In this document: piece by piece, positions 19,293 through 28,782 of the stretch
Position numbering within the stretch: position 1 is the stretch's first letter
Layout: every line of letters starts with the position of its first letter
Source: Escherichia phage RB69
Length of the DNA stretch: 64,000 nt
Direction: 5' to 3' (one strand)
Sequence record: NC_004928.1
The notes under the pieces: generated by a model
What the model was told of the DNA's origin: nothing
Seen by the model: only the letters and a program-made list of their open reading frames with translations
Databases searched by the model: none
Position numbers and translations under genes: made by a program

Positions 19293-20402
19293 ATGATTAG
19301 TGTAAAAGAAATAGTAGTAGATGCAAAGGATTTAAATAAAGCAATCCCAGTCTCAGAAAGTGCTGGGCAAAGCACTAAAACCGAAACAACTACTAAAACT
19401 TATGTTGCTCAATTTCCTACAGGAAGAGCAGCCGGAAATGACTCCACAGGAGACTTCCAGGTAACAGACCTTTATAAGAATGGATTATTATTTACCGCGT
19501 ACAATATGTCTGCACGCGATTCAGGATCCCTAAGAAATTTACGTCCGGCATACGCCGGGACTTCATCTAATGGTATCATATCAGATTTAACTGATAATGT
19601 GAAAGATGCAGTGACTAAATTCTCAAATGGATTGCTTCCTGCCGGAGCTAATAAATCTACTATAAATAAAACTCCTGTTGCTAATATACTTTTGCCACGT
19701 TCCAAATCTGACGTTGATACAACTTCACATCGTTTTAATGATATCGGTGATAGCCTTATTACTAAAGGTGGAGGTACTGCTACGGGCGTTTTAAGTAACA
19801 TTGCTTCTACTGCAGTTTTTGGTGCATTAGATTCTATTACTCAAGGGCTTATGGCTGATAATAACGAACAGATTTATACGACTTCTCGTAGTATGTATGG
19901 CGGTGCTGAGAACCGTACTAAAGTCTTTACATGGGATTTAACTCCACGTTCAACTGAAGACCTTATGGCTATTATAAACATTTACCAGTATTTTAACTAT
20001 TTCTCATATGGTGAGACCGGTAAATCACAATACGCCCAAGAGATTAAAAGTTATTTAGACGAATGGTACCGTTCAACGTTTATTGAGCCTATGACACCAG
20101 ACGATGCTGTAAAAAATAAGACATTGTTTGAAAAGATTACTGCGTCATTAACAAACGTATTAGTTGTAAGCAACCCTACGATTTGGATGGTTAAAAACTT
20201 TGGACACACATCTAAATTTGACGGGTTAACTGATGTATTTGGCCCATGTCAAATTCAAAGCGTACGTTTTGATAAAACTCCAAATGGACAATTTAATGGT
20301 CTTGCTGTTGCTCCTAACTTACCGTCAACATTTACGTTAGAGATAACAATGCGAGAAATTATTACATTAAACCGTTCTTCACTTTATGCGGGGACTTTCT
20401 AA
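19293..20402 (+). CDS. 48: baseplate tail tube cap gp48
   Basis: 369 aa; T4 order. Confidence 0.88.
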   Translation: MISVKEIVVDAKDLNKAIPVSESAGQSTKTETTTKTYVAQFPTGRAAGNDSTGDFQVTDLYKNGLLFTAYNMSARDSGSLRNLRPAYAGTSSNGIISDLTDNVKDAVTKFSNGLLPAGANKSTINKTPVANILLPRSKSDVDTTSHRFNDIGDSLITKGGGTATGVLSNIASTAVFGALDSITQGLMADNNEQIYTTSRSMYGGAENRTKVFTWDLTPRSTEDLMAIINIYQYFNYFSYGETGKSQYAQEIKSYLDEWYRSTFIEPMTPDDAVKNKTLFEKITASLTNVLVVSNPTIWMVKNFGHTSKFDGLTDVFGPCQIQSVRFDKTPNGQFNGLAVAPNLPSTFTLEITMREIITLNRSSLYAGTF

Positions 20403-21364
20403 TGTACTCTTTAGAAGAATTTAATAACCAAGCTATAAATGCAGATTTCCAACGAAACAATATGTTTAGTTGTGTATTTGCTACTACACCGTCGACCAAA
20501 TCGTCTTCACTAATTTCGTCAATTGGTAGTTTTGCTTATAATAACTTAGGGTTGGATTCAGATTGGCTAGGATTGACTCAAGGTGATATCAATCAGGGCG
20601 TAACAACCCTGATTACAGCAGGAACACAGAAATTAATTCGAAAATCAGGTGTAAGTAAATATCTGATTGGAGCAATGAGCCAACGTACGGTACAAAGCTT
20701 GTTAGGTGAGTTCACAGTAGGAGCTTATCTGATAGACTTCTTCAATATGGCATATAATAATACAGGTTTAATGATTTATTCTGTAAAAATGCCTGAGAAC
20801 CGATTATCTTATGAAACGGATTTCAACTATAACTCCCCGAACATCCGAATTACCGGTCGAGAAATGGACCCGTTAGTAATAAGCTTTAGAATGGATTCCG
20901 AAGCATCTAACTTTAGAGCAATGCAGGACTGGGTAAACTCAGTCCAAGACCCTGTAACAGGTCTTCGCGCTTTACCACAAGACGTCGAAGCAGATATTCA
21001 GGTTAATTTACATGCGCGAAATGGTTTACCACATACCGCTGTCATGTTCACTGGATGTATTCCTGTTAGCGTCTCTTCTCCTGAGTTAACGTATGATGGT
21101 GATAACCAAATAACAGTTTTTGACGTAACATTTGCTTATCGCGTTATGCAATCAGGTGCTGTAAATAGACAGGCTGCTTTAGAATGGCTGGAATCAGGAC
21201 TTATTAGTAGTGTTTCAGGAATGTTTGGAAATAATCAGAATGATTCTGGACTAGGAAGTGCAGTATCAAGACTTTCTAGATTAGGTGGGACTGCTGGTGG
21301 TGTGTCTAATATAAACACATTGACAGGTGTGGTGAATTCTGCGTCAAGAGTTTTAGGACTATAA
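20402..21364 (+). CDS. 54: baseplate tail tube initiator gp54
   Basis: 320 aa as in T4 gp54. Confidence 0.9.
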   Translation: MYSLEEFNNQAINADFQRNNMFSCVFATTPSTKSSSLISSIGSFAYNNLGLDSDWLGLTQGDINQGVTTLITAGTQKLIRKSGVSKYLIGAMSQRTVQSLLGEFTVGAYLIDFFNMAYNNTGLMIYSVKMPENRLSYETDFNYNSPNIRITGREMDPLVISFRMDSEASNFRAMQDWVNSVQDPVTGLRALPQDVEADIQVNLHARNGLPHTAVMFTGCIPVSVSSPELTYDGDNQITVFDVTFAYRVMQSGAVNRQAALEWLESGLISSVSGMFGNNQNDSGLGSAVSRLSRLGGTAGGVSNINTLTGVVNSASRVLGL

Positions 21365-21369
21365 GAAAA

Positions 21370-21392
21370 AGGGAGACAACGTCTCCCTTTAG
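21370..21392. terminator. hairpin between convergent gene 54 and alt-downstream ORF
   Basis: gggagac-aacg-tctccc with flanking A/T runs. Confidence 0.6.
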
Positions 21393-21396
21393 GGGT

Positions 21397-21690
21397 TTAT
21401 TTACGGAATGAAAGGAATGCTGGTGCTCGGAATGGAGTATCATCTTTAGAGTATTTAACTAATACGACCATTGGTACCTCTGTTTCTAAATGACCTGTCA
21501 CTACACCTATAAAAATTTGGTCGGTGTGCTCAGGGTCACGAAAGTTTTTAAGAGGTTCCATAGCAATATGGAATGCACCTGGGAATACTCGATTCAATTC
21601 GTCAATCACAGCTTCGTTAAAAACATCATCTGCTGGAATAACATTTTCAACTACTAGTTCTTGACCATTAAAGCGAAGCATAGATTTCAT
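21397..21690 (-). CDS. hypothetical protein downstream of alt
   Basis: Track ORF 21397..21762; internal Met at 21690 follows GAGGAA RBS and an early promoter-like element. Confidence 0.55.
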   Translation of the reverse strand: MKSMLRFNGQELVVENVIPADDVFNEAVIDELNRVFPGAFHIAMEPLKNFRDPEHTDQIFIGVVTGHLETEVPMVVLVKYSKDDTPFRAPAFLSFRK

Positions 21691-21719
21691 AACGGTTTCC
21701 TCATGTTGTTGATGGGATG

Positions 21720-21749
21720 ATAGTATAACACATCCATGTGCTTGTAAAC
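21720..21749 (-). promoter_or_regulatory. early promoter-like element (GTTTAC -35, TACTAT -10)
   Basis: Hexamers on minus strand in the alt intergenic region. Confidence 0.4.
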
Positions 21750-23836
21750 TATCCTTGGACAAATTTAAACGGAACTGATTCTAAATCCATTAAAGATGCT
21801 AACAATTTCAAACCTTTAGGTGCGCTAGTTTTTTCTACAAATGAAGAGAACGATACCGGCTCATCTGATTCGATTTCACCTGTCATAGCAACCACCTCAC
21901 CTGTTTCCATGAGAACATCACCATCATAAATGACAGCTTCATCTAACTGGTCTGAGGACATGACTTCAGCTTGAATAAATTTAAGGTTGGATTCTAAACC
22001 TGCACCAGTGTCAGATGACGCATCTGTAATTTTATTTATCTGCAAGAGAATGCCTCTAGGCAAAATAATTTCTTGCTCATTAGGGTGATTACTCAACTGT
22101 CCTGGATAAATCACGTTAACTTTATGAGCACCATCAATAGCCCATCCAACGTTAACACGGATTTGTTCTGGTGCATGCATAGCTGTTCTTACTTGACTAG
22201 GAGAAATAGTAACACCTTCGTCATTATTGTCAATGTTAAGCTCTTTGCGAACGTTCTTCAGGAGCAAGTCCAAGGGCAACGTTCTCTTTAAACCCACCGA
22301 AAATAATAGGAGCTTGTGAAGTGGAAACATAGTTTCTGAAGTAGAATACCTTATTTTTAACCATTGCTTCGTAAATAGGCATTCTGATAGACTGAGCTCT
22401 ATATAACGTTTGTCCTTCAGGTAACGGTCTCCATTTAAAAACGCCGAATCAAGACCATCAATAGCGCGTTTAACTTCATCTTCATCTGCAACATCGTAAA
22501 AATCTGGTTTATAACGACCTAACAACATATTATTGATATCGGTATACGCAGAAGAGGCATATTCACGAATAGCTCGTTTTTCAGCAACAGAGTATTGTTT
22601 AGGGTCCCGATTCATTGTTATATTAAAGGTGCCTCTAGCCGATTCTCGTGCATAAGTATACATCACATTAGACAAGAACGCTGATTTACGTTGTTTCCAA
22701 GTTTTTTCAGATACTTCAGCTAAAACGTCGTCGGCCAGTTGGAAATTATCACGTCTAAAATCTTCAAACCATTCGTCTTTAATAGAGTCTGCAATCTCAT
22801 TTGCAGCTTCAACAAAAGCAGCTAATGCTTTAACAGATGTTGTTTTTTCAGTTTTAATTTTCTTAGCAAACTTTTCTAAAGTTGGCTTAATAACACCACC
22901 ATAAGAAACTTCATCAGCAAATTTAAAGGATTCATCAATACGATTATAAATCTTATTTTCGATATCAGCAACTAAAGTGCCTTTTGCTGTGGACGATGCT
23001 TGGGCTAGTACTATTTCATATGCTTCAGGAAGTAATTCGGCTGTAGCCGGGCCACTAACTTCTTTAGCAGAATTTTCGTATTTCTGGAATAACTCACCTT
23101 CTTGGCGGTCCGCTTCTAAAGATTGACTTGCTGCAATAGCACGACGAGAAATTTTAGTACGAGCAATAACAGGCTTATCTTTACGTTTTTCTTCTACAGC
23201 AGCAATAGAACCAGCGATAGCCGTTTCTTTGGTGACCTTTTCGCCAGTCTTTTTACTCACATAAACTTCGCCAACATCAGAATCTACTTTCGTGTACAAC
23301 TCTGTGTTAATGTTAGGGATGCCTTTAATATCTTCAATGTTGGCATTTTTACGAACCATCATCACATAGGTGTGTTTACCTGTGAATTGATACATTGCCG
23401 ACAATACTTTAAAACGACCACCGGTTTTAGTAGAAACTAAACGAGCAAGAAGAGTTTGAAGCTGCTGTCCACGTCCTTTCAATTTCTTGGTAGGGAATCG
23501 GAACAGAACTGCATCCATACGAAGAGCTTTAACCTGTTCATATACTGTATTGAAAATGGTGTTGATTGCATCAATAGGAGCAGGACCAAGGCCATTTTTC
23601 AATTCAGCGAGATTACCCTTTTCAGATAGACTCATAATAACAACATGAGCGTATTTGTCGCCAAGTTTAACTTGTTTTACAGCATCACCTTCGGAAAGGT
23701 AAGAGAATAAGCGAACTACGATGTTTGTATCGATATCACCAATTTTCCAGACTTGTGGAACTTTAGCTTTAGGGTTCAAATTGACGACAGGAAGACTGCC
23801 TTCAGATTCAAACACTTCATTTAATTGTTCAGACAT
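21749..23836 (-). CDS. alt: Alt-like ADP-ribosyltransferase (packaged); ORF open but an internal segment appears frame-shifted
   Basis: 695 aa; T4 Alt position; ART-type helix motif YTDINNMLLGR and EQEIILPRG in ORF frame, but YRA and STS motif region reads in another frame (see findings). Confidence 0.8.
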   Translation of the reverse strand: MSEQLNEVFESEGSLPVVNLNPKAKVPQVWKIGDIDTNIVVRLFSYLSEGDAVKQVKLGDKYAHVVIMSLSEKGNLAELKNGLGPAPIDAINTIFNTVYEQVKALRMDAVLFRFPTKKLKGRGQQLQTLLARLVSTKTGGRFKVLSAMYQFTGKHTYVMMVRKNANIEDIKGIPNINTELYTKVDSDVGEVYVSKKTGEKVTKETAIAGSIAAVEEKRKDKPVIARTKISRRAIAASQSLEADRQEGELFQKYENSAKEVSGPATAELLPEAYEIVLAQASSTAKGTLVADIENKIYNRIDESFKFADEVSYGGVIKPTLEKFAKKIKTEKTTSVKALAAFVEAANEIADSIKDEWFEDFRRDNFQLADDVLAEVSEKTWKQRKSAFLSNVMYTYARESARGTFNITMNRDPKQYSVAEKRAIREYASSAYTDINNMLLGRYKPDFYDVADEDEVKRAIDGLDSAFLNGDRYLKDKRYIELSLSECLFTKQWLKIRYSTSETMFPLHKLLLFSVGLKRTLPLDLLLKNVRKELNIDNNDEGVTISPSQVRTAMHAPEQIRVNVGWAIDGAHKVNVIYPGQLSNHPNEQEIILPRGILLQINKITDASSDTGAGLESNLKFIQAEVMSSDQLDEAVIYDGDVLMETGEVVAMTGEIESDEPVSFSSFVEKTSAPKGLKLLASLMDLESVPFKFVQG

Positions 23837-23891
23837 AGTGTTTTCCTTTTAGTAATAATTTATATTTATGCCAAAAAGAGCCCGAAGGCTC

Positions 23892-24080
23892 TTAATCCAC
23901 AATCTGGAGCAAAGTACGATAAACTTCAAAATTAGGGCCTTTTTCGTACTTATCAAAATTGTCCATAAAAATATGATAGGAATCGTTATTAGGAAAATCT
24001 AATACAATTTGGGAACAAGAGGTGGAAACATCACCACCATCTTTATTAGCGACAACTACTGTTTCTAAATAAGCTTTCAT
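23892..24080 (-). CDS. hypothetical small protein
   Basis: 62 aa ORF between DNA ligase and alt, followed by hairpin. Confidence 0.55.
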   Translation of the reverse strand: MKAYLETVVVANKDGGDVSTSCSQIVLDFPNNDSYHIFMDNFDKYEKGPNFEVYRTLLQIVD

Positions 24081-25573
24081 TATACACCCGTCTGGTCCCA
24101 GGACCCAAATACGTCTTCAAACGAATCCGCTTCTGTTTTATCAAAACGGAACCCTTTAATAATTGGAAGGAAAATACCTACAGTACCTTCACGGCCTTTA
24201 GAATGAACCCAACCATTACATTCACAATCAGCGATACGTCCAATCAATTTACCTTCACGAGCTTCGGACATTAATCGTTCACGGTCCAAATCATGACGCT
24301 CGTCTAAAGGAATAAGAACCTTTACACCGTCAACTGTTTTATGAGTTGTATCTTTAAAACCTGAACCACAATCGGTTGTAATACGACGACAACGTGATAC
24401 GAGTTCGACACCACCCAATTTGTTAGGGTCTTTAGAGTGTTCATAGTATCCTACAACTTCTAAAGCTATATCAATAACTTCTTTAAATTTAATTAGGTTC
24501 TTAGAGCGTTTGTTTTCCCAATATGAATCACGGTTTTTAAGGATAATACCTTCAAGACCTTGGTCAACATATTTTTTATAAACCACTTTAGCTTCGTCAA
24601 GATTACGAACTAACTGATTTTCAATTGGCTCAATTCGTTTAAAGCCTTCAGCCATATTTTCAAGAGCAGCAAAACGAACATCGTATTTCTGACCTTTAAT
24701 TTTGCCATCAGAATAGACTTCATCTAAAGGAACATAGTCCCAGGCTTGAAGAACCATACCTTCAGCTTCTTTAGGAGAAATAGTCCCTTGAAGAGATTTA
24801 TTTGCTAAACCGTTTGAAGTGCTACGGTCTGCAACTTGTACTTCTTCGGATTCTTCATTATCACCAAATAAGAACGACAGGTCATTTCCTGAGCTCACAG
24901 CCTTTTTAATATCAAATGAATGATAAACTAATTCGCCGTCGATTAAAACCCCATTAGGGTGTCTTTCACGAGCTTCTTTAGTCATTTCCATTAGTTCATC
25001 TGCTAATAGGGTAAGACCATGGTATTCATTACCAGCACGAGAAAAGAATTGAACACCATCATCGCGAACTTCAGCGAAACAACGAGCACCATCTGCTTTT
25101 AATTGAGCAAATGCAGGCCATTTAATATTTTTAGTAATCAATTTCTCATCATATGCAGATGCTAACATCTGTGGTTGCAATTGAATAAGTCCTGGCCACA
25201 CCTTATTCGCGATAGACACTGAAGCACCTACTTCAAGGTCGCGCATCATTACACGACGAAGGACTTCTACATCATCAGGTTTACCGTCAGCGATATAACC
25301 CATGAGCTCTTTAATTGCAGCATTACCAGTGAGTTTACGAGTGGCTAATGTGAACTCAATAAAATCCAACATGTCATCTAATTCAAGAAGACCATATGCC
25401 TGAGACCTTTCACCTGGCCCAGGCCATTTCTTAATATAATACTGAATGCCACGTGCATATGTTAAACGATACACGCGTTCAAGTAATTTGTTGTCCTTAT
25501 TTTTCTTAAGGATTTCCTGTTTTGTTTTAGTAGAACCGATCGCAGCTATTTGGTTTAAAATATCTAAAATCAT
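24080..25573 (-). CDS. 30: ATP-dependent DNA ligase gp30
   Basis: 497 aa; adenylation motif KADGAR; T4 ligase similarity. Confidence 0.95.
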   Translation of the reverse strand: MILDILNQIAAIGSTKTKQEILKKNKDNKLLERVYRLTYARGIQYYIKKWPGPGERSQAYGLLELDDMLDFIEFTLATRKLTGNAAIKELMGYIADGKPDDVEVLRRVMMRDLEVGASVSIANKVWPGLIQLQPQMLASAYDEKLITKNIKWPAFAQLKADGARCFAEVRDDGVQFFSRAGNEYHGLTLLADELMEMTKEARERHPNGVLIDGELVYHSFDIKKAVSSGNDLSFLFGDNEESEEVQVADRSTSNGLANKSLQGTISPKEAEGMVLQAWDYVPLDEVYSDGKIKGQKYDVRFAALENMAEGFKRIEPIENQLVRNLDEAKVVYKKYVDQGLEGIILKNRDSYWENKRSKNLIKFKEVIDIALEVVGYYEHSKDPNKLGGVELVSRCRRITTDCGSGFKDTTHKTVDGVKVLIPLDERHDLDRERLMSEAREGKLIGRIADCECNGWVHSKGREGTVGIFLPIIKGFRFDKTEADSFEDVFGSWDQTGV

Positions 25574-25839
25574 TTGATATCCTCGATTTTGGTTACGGTT
25601 CTATTATAAGCCACTTCATCTAGAAGCGATTTCAGCGTTTTCTGATAAGTGGTAATCCGTTTACCGAGTCCTTCAACATAATATTCTGAAATGTAGATGA
25701 ACCCTTGTTCAACACACTCTTTAAATATTTCTGCGTCTTTTACTGAACGAAACAATGGCCGGTCTCGAAAGAACATGTTAACGTGACCGTAGTCACGCGT
25801 TGTGTTTTTGCCATCTGTAATATCATGAACTACAAACAT
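25570..25839 (-). CDS. hypothetical protein (30.1-like)
   Basis: 89 aa ORF overlapping ligase start. Confidence 0.6.
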   Translation of the reverse strand: MFVVHDITDGKNTTRDYGHVNMFFRDRPLFRSVKDAEIFKECVEQGFIYISEYYVEGLGKRITTYQKTLKSLLDEVAYNRTVTKIEDIK

Positions 25840-25848
25840 AATTAACCC

Positions 25849-26664
25849 TTAACAATTTATAGACCAAGTCCATTTAGACGAATCTAAAGGAAAGTTTTGA
25901 ATCGTCCACCACGGCTGCATATCGGTTGGTCCTGGAGTTCGCCAGGTGTACGGATTTGACGGAGCGCCAATTTGATTAGGCCATGCGCCTGGACTTGTTG
26001 CACCAGATTCTTTAAGCAAATCCGCCAATCGTTTTAAAAGGTCTTCACGATCTGAATCTGAATTATGCTCGGGCGGAACCAAACGAGATTCAATATCATC
26101 CCACGTGTGTACACGTTGTGCAGTGCGAGGAATATCATCACGTTCACCACGAGCCAACCAATAAATCGGTACATTAAGAATTTCTGCCGCATGGTCACAG
26201 TGATGAGCTAAATCGTCAACGTAACAAATCACGTTATATTTTGTTTTAGCTAGTTCGAATAATTGTTCCTTTGAAGAATCATGACCACACATCATTACTT
26301 CAGAGAAAGCGCCTGGGAACAAAGCATTCAAATTAAATTGTCTATTCAATCGAGCATCAATTGAATCACCTAGCGCCGTCACGGCTACAAAATTATAGTC
26401 TTCTTTTAGTTTATTGATAACTCGAAGAGCATCCGAATAAGGCGCTAAGTAACGAATAAAATCAGAGCGATTATATTTTTCTATTAATTGTTTACCAAGG
26501 TTATCGTCGGTATTGAACAGTTTACCAGGAGAAATAAATTTTTCGTCCTGAATCATTTTTAAAATATGTTCTAATGGAAGATTATATTTTTGGGCAAAAT
26601 AAGGAAGACCAGATTGCCAGCTTAAACATACACCATCAATATCAGTCAAAATAGTAGGCTTCAT
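25849..26664 (-). CDS. HAD-superfamily hydrolase-like protein with Trp/Pro-rich C-terminal tail
   Basis: 271 aa; N-terminal DIDGV motif typical of HAD phosphatases. Confidence 0.6.
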   Translation of the reverse strand: MKPTILTDIDGVCLSWQSGLPYFAQKYNLPLEHILKMIQDEKFISPGKLFNTDDNLGKQLIEKYNRSDFIRYLAPYSDALRVINKLKEDYNFVAVTALGDSIDARLNRQFNLNALFPGAFSEVMMCGHDSSKEQLFELAKTKYNVICYVDDLAHHCDHAAEILNVPIYWLARGERDDIPRTAQRVHTWDDIESRLVPPEHNSDSDREDLLKRLADLLKESGATSPGAWPNQIGAPSNPYTWRTPGPTDMQPWWTIQNFPLDSSKWTWSINC

Positions 26665-26706
26665 AAAGAGTCTCTTAATAGGTTTAACACATCAATAAAT
26701 TCAGCT

Positions 26707-27129
26707 TCAAGTTAGTATTGTATCATCTTTTGTTAGACCACTAGCCATGCTGTGCTTCAAAATTTTTCCTTTAGAGGCTTGTAAGGCATCACGAAACCCC
26801 TTGTTTTGGATCGCGGCTTCAAAATATGCATTTGTGTATAATTCTTTCCACGCTTCGGAGTATCTTGAAAATGGAACTCCTAACCAGAAGAGAGTCCCAC
26901 GGTCCTGAGCTCTTGCATAAGACCTTCCTGCTTGCTGTGCAGCCAATCCAGACAACCCAAATATACTATGTTGTTGTTCAACATTTTTCACCTTACATCC
27001 TTGGAGAAATCCTTCAAGACCTCCGAATTGAATACCATCCATAACAAAAGGCCATTGAGCAAAGTTACTTAATGCACATGACGGCCACTTGAAATTACTT
27101 CTAATCTCTAACTCAGGCATCTTTAACAC
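26707..27129 (-). CDS. NADAR / YbiA-like (DUF1768) domain protein
   Basis: 140 aa; SNFAQWPF...DG...EGFLQGCK resembles the YbiA/NADAR N-terminal signature (recalled). Confidence 0.55.
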   Translation of the reverse strand: MLKMPELEIRSNFKWPSCALSNFAQWPFVMDGIQFGGLEGFLQGCKVKNVEQQHSIFGLSGLAAQQAGRSYARAQDRGTLFWLGVPFSRYSEAWKELYTNAYFEAAIQNKGFRDALQASKGKILKHSMASGLTKDDTILT

Positions 27130-27328
27130 TTATAATTTCAACATCAGCCCAATGACCATAACCAGGTATACGGTCTTCGATAGATAAATTTCCGTCATTT
27201 TTAGGCATTTTAATTGACGTAACGTATGGTTCTAAACGATTTTCTGCGTGTGGAGAAACATCTGTCACACGATAAGTAACTTCAATCGTTTCCATACCAA
27301 ACAATTTCTGGATTAATTTTTTAAGCAT
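27113..27328 (-). CDS. hypothetical protein
   Basis: 71 aa ORF in operon-like array. Confidence 0.5.
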   Translation of the reverse strand: MLKKLIQKLFGMETIEVTYRVTDVSPHAENRLEPYVTSIKMPKNDGNLSIEDRIPGYGHWADVEIISVKDA

Positions 27329-27332
27329 TTTA

Positions 27333-27677
27333 TTAGAACCTCATCTGAAAGCCATGTGATTTAACATTACCGCCGCCAATATCAGAAATGTTAATTTCAC
27401 TTGCAATCGAAGGATCGATGTCAATTTCACGATTAAGTTTAGTGATAGCCAAAGTATCATGCCCATTTACTGTACGAAACTCCAAAGGACATACTACGTT
27501 GACATAGTGTTTAATTGACTCGCTAGTAGGTTGCAAATGGACCGGAAGGTTTTTAGGTGCTTTAGAGAAAACAACTTCACAAAAGTTTTTGCGGGTATCA
27601 AAATAAGTGGTCATAAACATAATATTTTCCTCAATTGGGAAGCCGAAGCTCCCAGTTAAATTAGATATCGAATTCAT
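27333..27677 (-). CDS. hypothetical protein
   Basis: 114 aa ORF. Confidence 0.5.
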   Translation of the reverse strand: MNSISNLTGSFGFPIEENIMFMTTYFDTRKNFCEVVFSKAPKNLPVHLQPTSESIKHYVNVVCPLEFRTVNGHDTLAITKLNREIDIDPSIASEINISDIGGGNVKSHGFQMRF

Positions 27678-28026
27678 TAAGAACTACATCAAAGATTGCT
27701 TCGAGATGTTCAGGTTTAGCTCGGTTACTCAGGATATGACGAATCCAAGTTTTAACCAAAAGTTTACGATTAACACCGTTCCAGCAAGGATGAGTACCTA
27801 AATCACGCTGACGGAAATCATCATCTAATGCAATTTTGAAGTTGGAACCTTCCATCGTGATTGAAACCGTGATGCCATTTTCAAATCGCATATAAACGTA
27901 ATTAGGAGTCATGCACTGTTCGATTTCACAAACTGTACCGTTTTTGTGTTTCCATAAGCAAATAACTTCAGAAGAACCAGCGATACCGTTAGAAACATAT
28001 TTACGTTCGAAGTTGATGTAGTTCAT
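27661..28026 (-). CDS. hypothetical protein
   Basis: 121 aa ORF preceded by early promoter-like element. Confidence 0.55.
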   Translation of the reverse strand: MNYINFERKYVSNGIAGSSEVICLWKHKNGTVCEIEQCMTPNYVYMRFENGITVSITMEGSNFKIALDDDFRQRDLGTHPCWNGVNRKLLVKTWIRHILSNRAKPEHLEAIFDVVLNEFDI

Positions 28027-28067
28027 TTTATTCTCCAGATGTTTAAGTTGTTTGTTGGTACAGGTCT

Positions 28068-28096
28068 ATAATAACATATCCTGTACCAAAGTAAAC
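28068..28096 (-). promoter_or_regulatory. early promoter-like element (GTTTAC, 17 nt, TATTAT) within dyad symmetry
   Basis: Minus-strand hexamers; 8-bp inverted repeat ggtacagg/cctgtacc brackets the -10. Confidence 0.45.
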
Positions 28097-28101
28097 ATTT
28101 T

Positions 28102-28473
28102 TTATTTGATTTTTGTCCACTTAGCTGAATCAATAACACCTTTTGCTTTAATCTTCTCGATTAATGACTCTGCGCGATTTCTGGCATTTTCGTACCATAC
28201 AACGTCTTCAGAGTAACCAGTTTCTTCATCTTCGTAAGTTTTAGAACGAATACAGCCATAAACTGTAGAATTCAGACGGTAAATTTCACCAGTGAAAAAG
28301 TTTTCGATTTCGATATGATAACAAAAATCGTCTGAAGGGCCATCAGGAGTTGTACAATAAACCACATCACCTTGAACTGAACGAACCATCCACTGTAACT
28401 CGTTAACAACTTGAGATTTATATCCATCATGGTCACGGCATTTAATTGTAGCATTTAAATTGATAGTGTTCAT
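28102..28473 (-). CDS. hypothetical protein
   Basis: 123 aa ORF preceded by early promoter-like element. Confidence 0.55.
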   Translation of the reverse strand: MNTINLNATIKCRDHDGYKSQVVNELQWMVRSVQGDVVYCTTPDGPSDDFCYHIEIENFFTGEIYRLNSTVYGCIRSKTYEDEETGYSEDVVWYENARNRAESLIEKIKAKGVIDSAKWTKIK

Positions 28474-28514
28474 TTTATTCTCCGGTTGTTTTATTGATTA
28501 GGTGGTACAAGTCT

Positions 28515-28543
28515 ATAGAAACACATCCTACAGGAGAGTAAAC
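28515..28543 (-). promoter_or_regulatory. early promoter-like element (GTTTAC -35, weak -10)
   Basis: Similar in sequence to the 28068-28096 element. Confidence 0.35.
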
Positions 28544-28602
28544 ATCTTTTTAAACTTTTTCTGCCCTAAACGCACAAAAGGGAGACCGAAGTCTCCCTAA
28601 AA

Positions 28603-28782
28603 TTATGCAACAACCTTTCCAAAACGAGAAGCATCATCTCGAAGAACTGCACGTGCTCTGCGCATGATCTTCTCAACGGTTTGATTAATACGAGAGTTCG
28701 ACCCACGCTTGTATCCAGCGCGTTTAGAGGTACCATCAACTTTCTTTTCAACTGCTTTCTTTGCTTTAGCTTGTTTTGCCAT
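28603..28782 (-). CDS. small basic protein (59 aa)
   Basis: Hand translation MAKQAKAKKAVEKKVDGTSKRAGYKRG...; followed by C(UUCG)G hairpin; below track cutoff. Confidence 0.45.
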   Translation of the reverse strand: MAKQAKAKKAVEKKVDGTSKRAGYKRGSNSRINQTVEKIMRRARAVLRDDASRFGKVVA

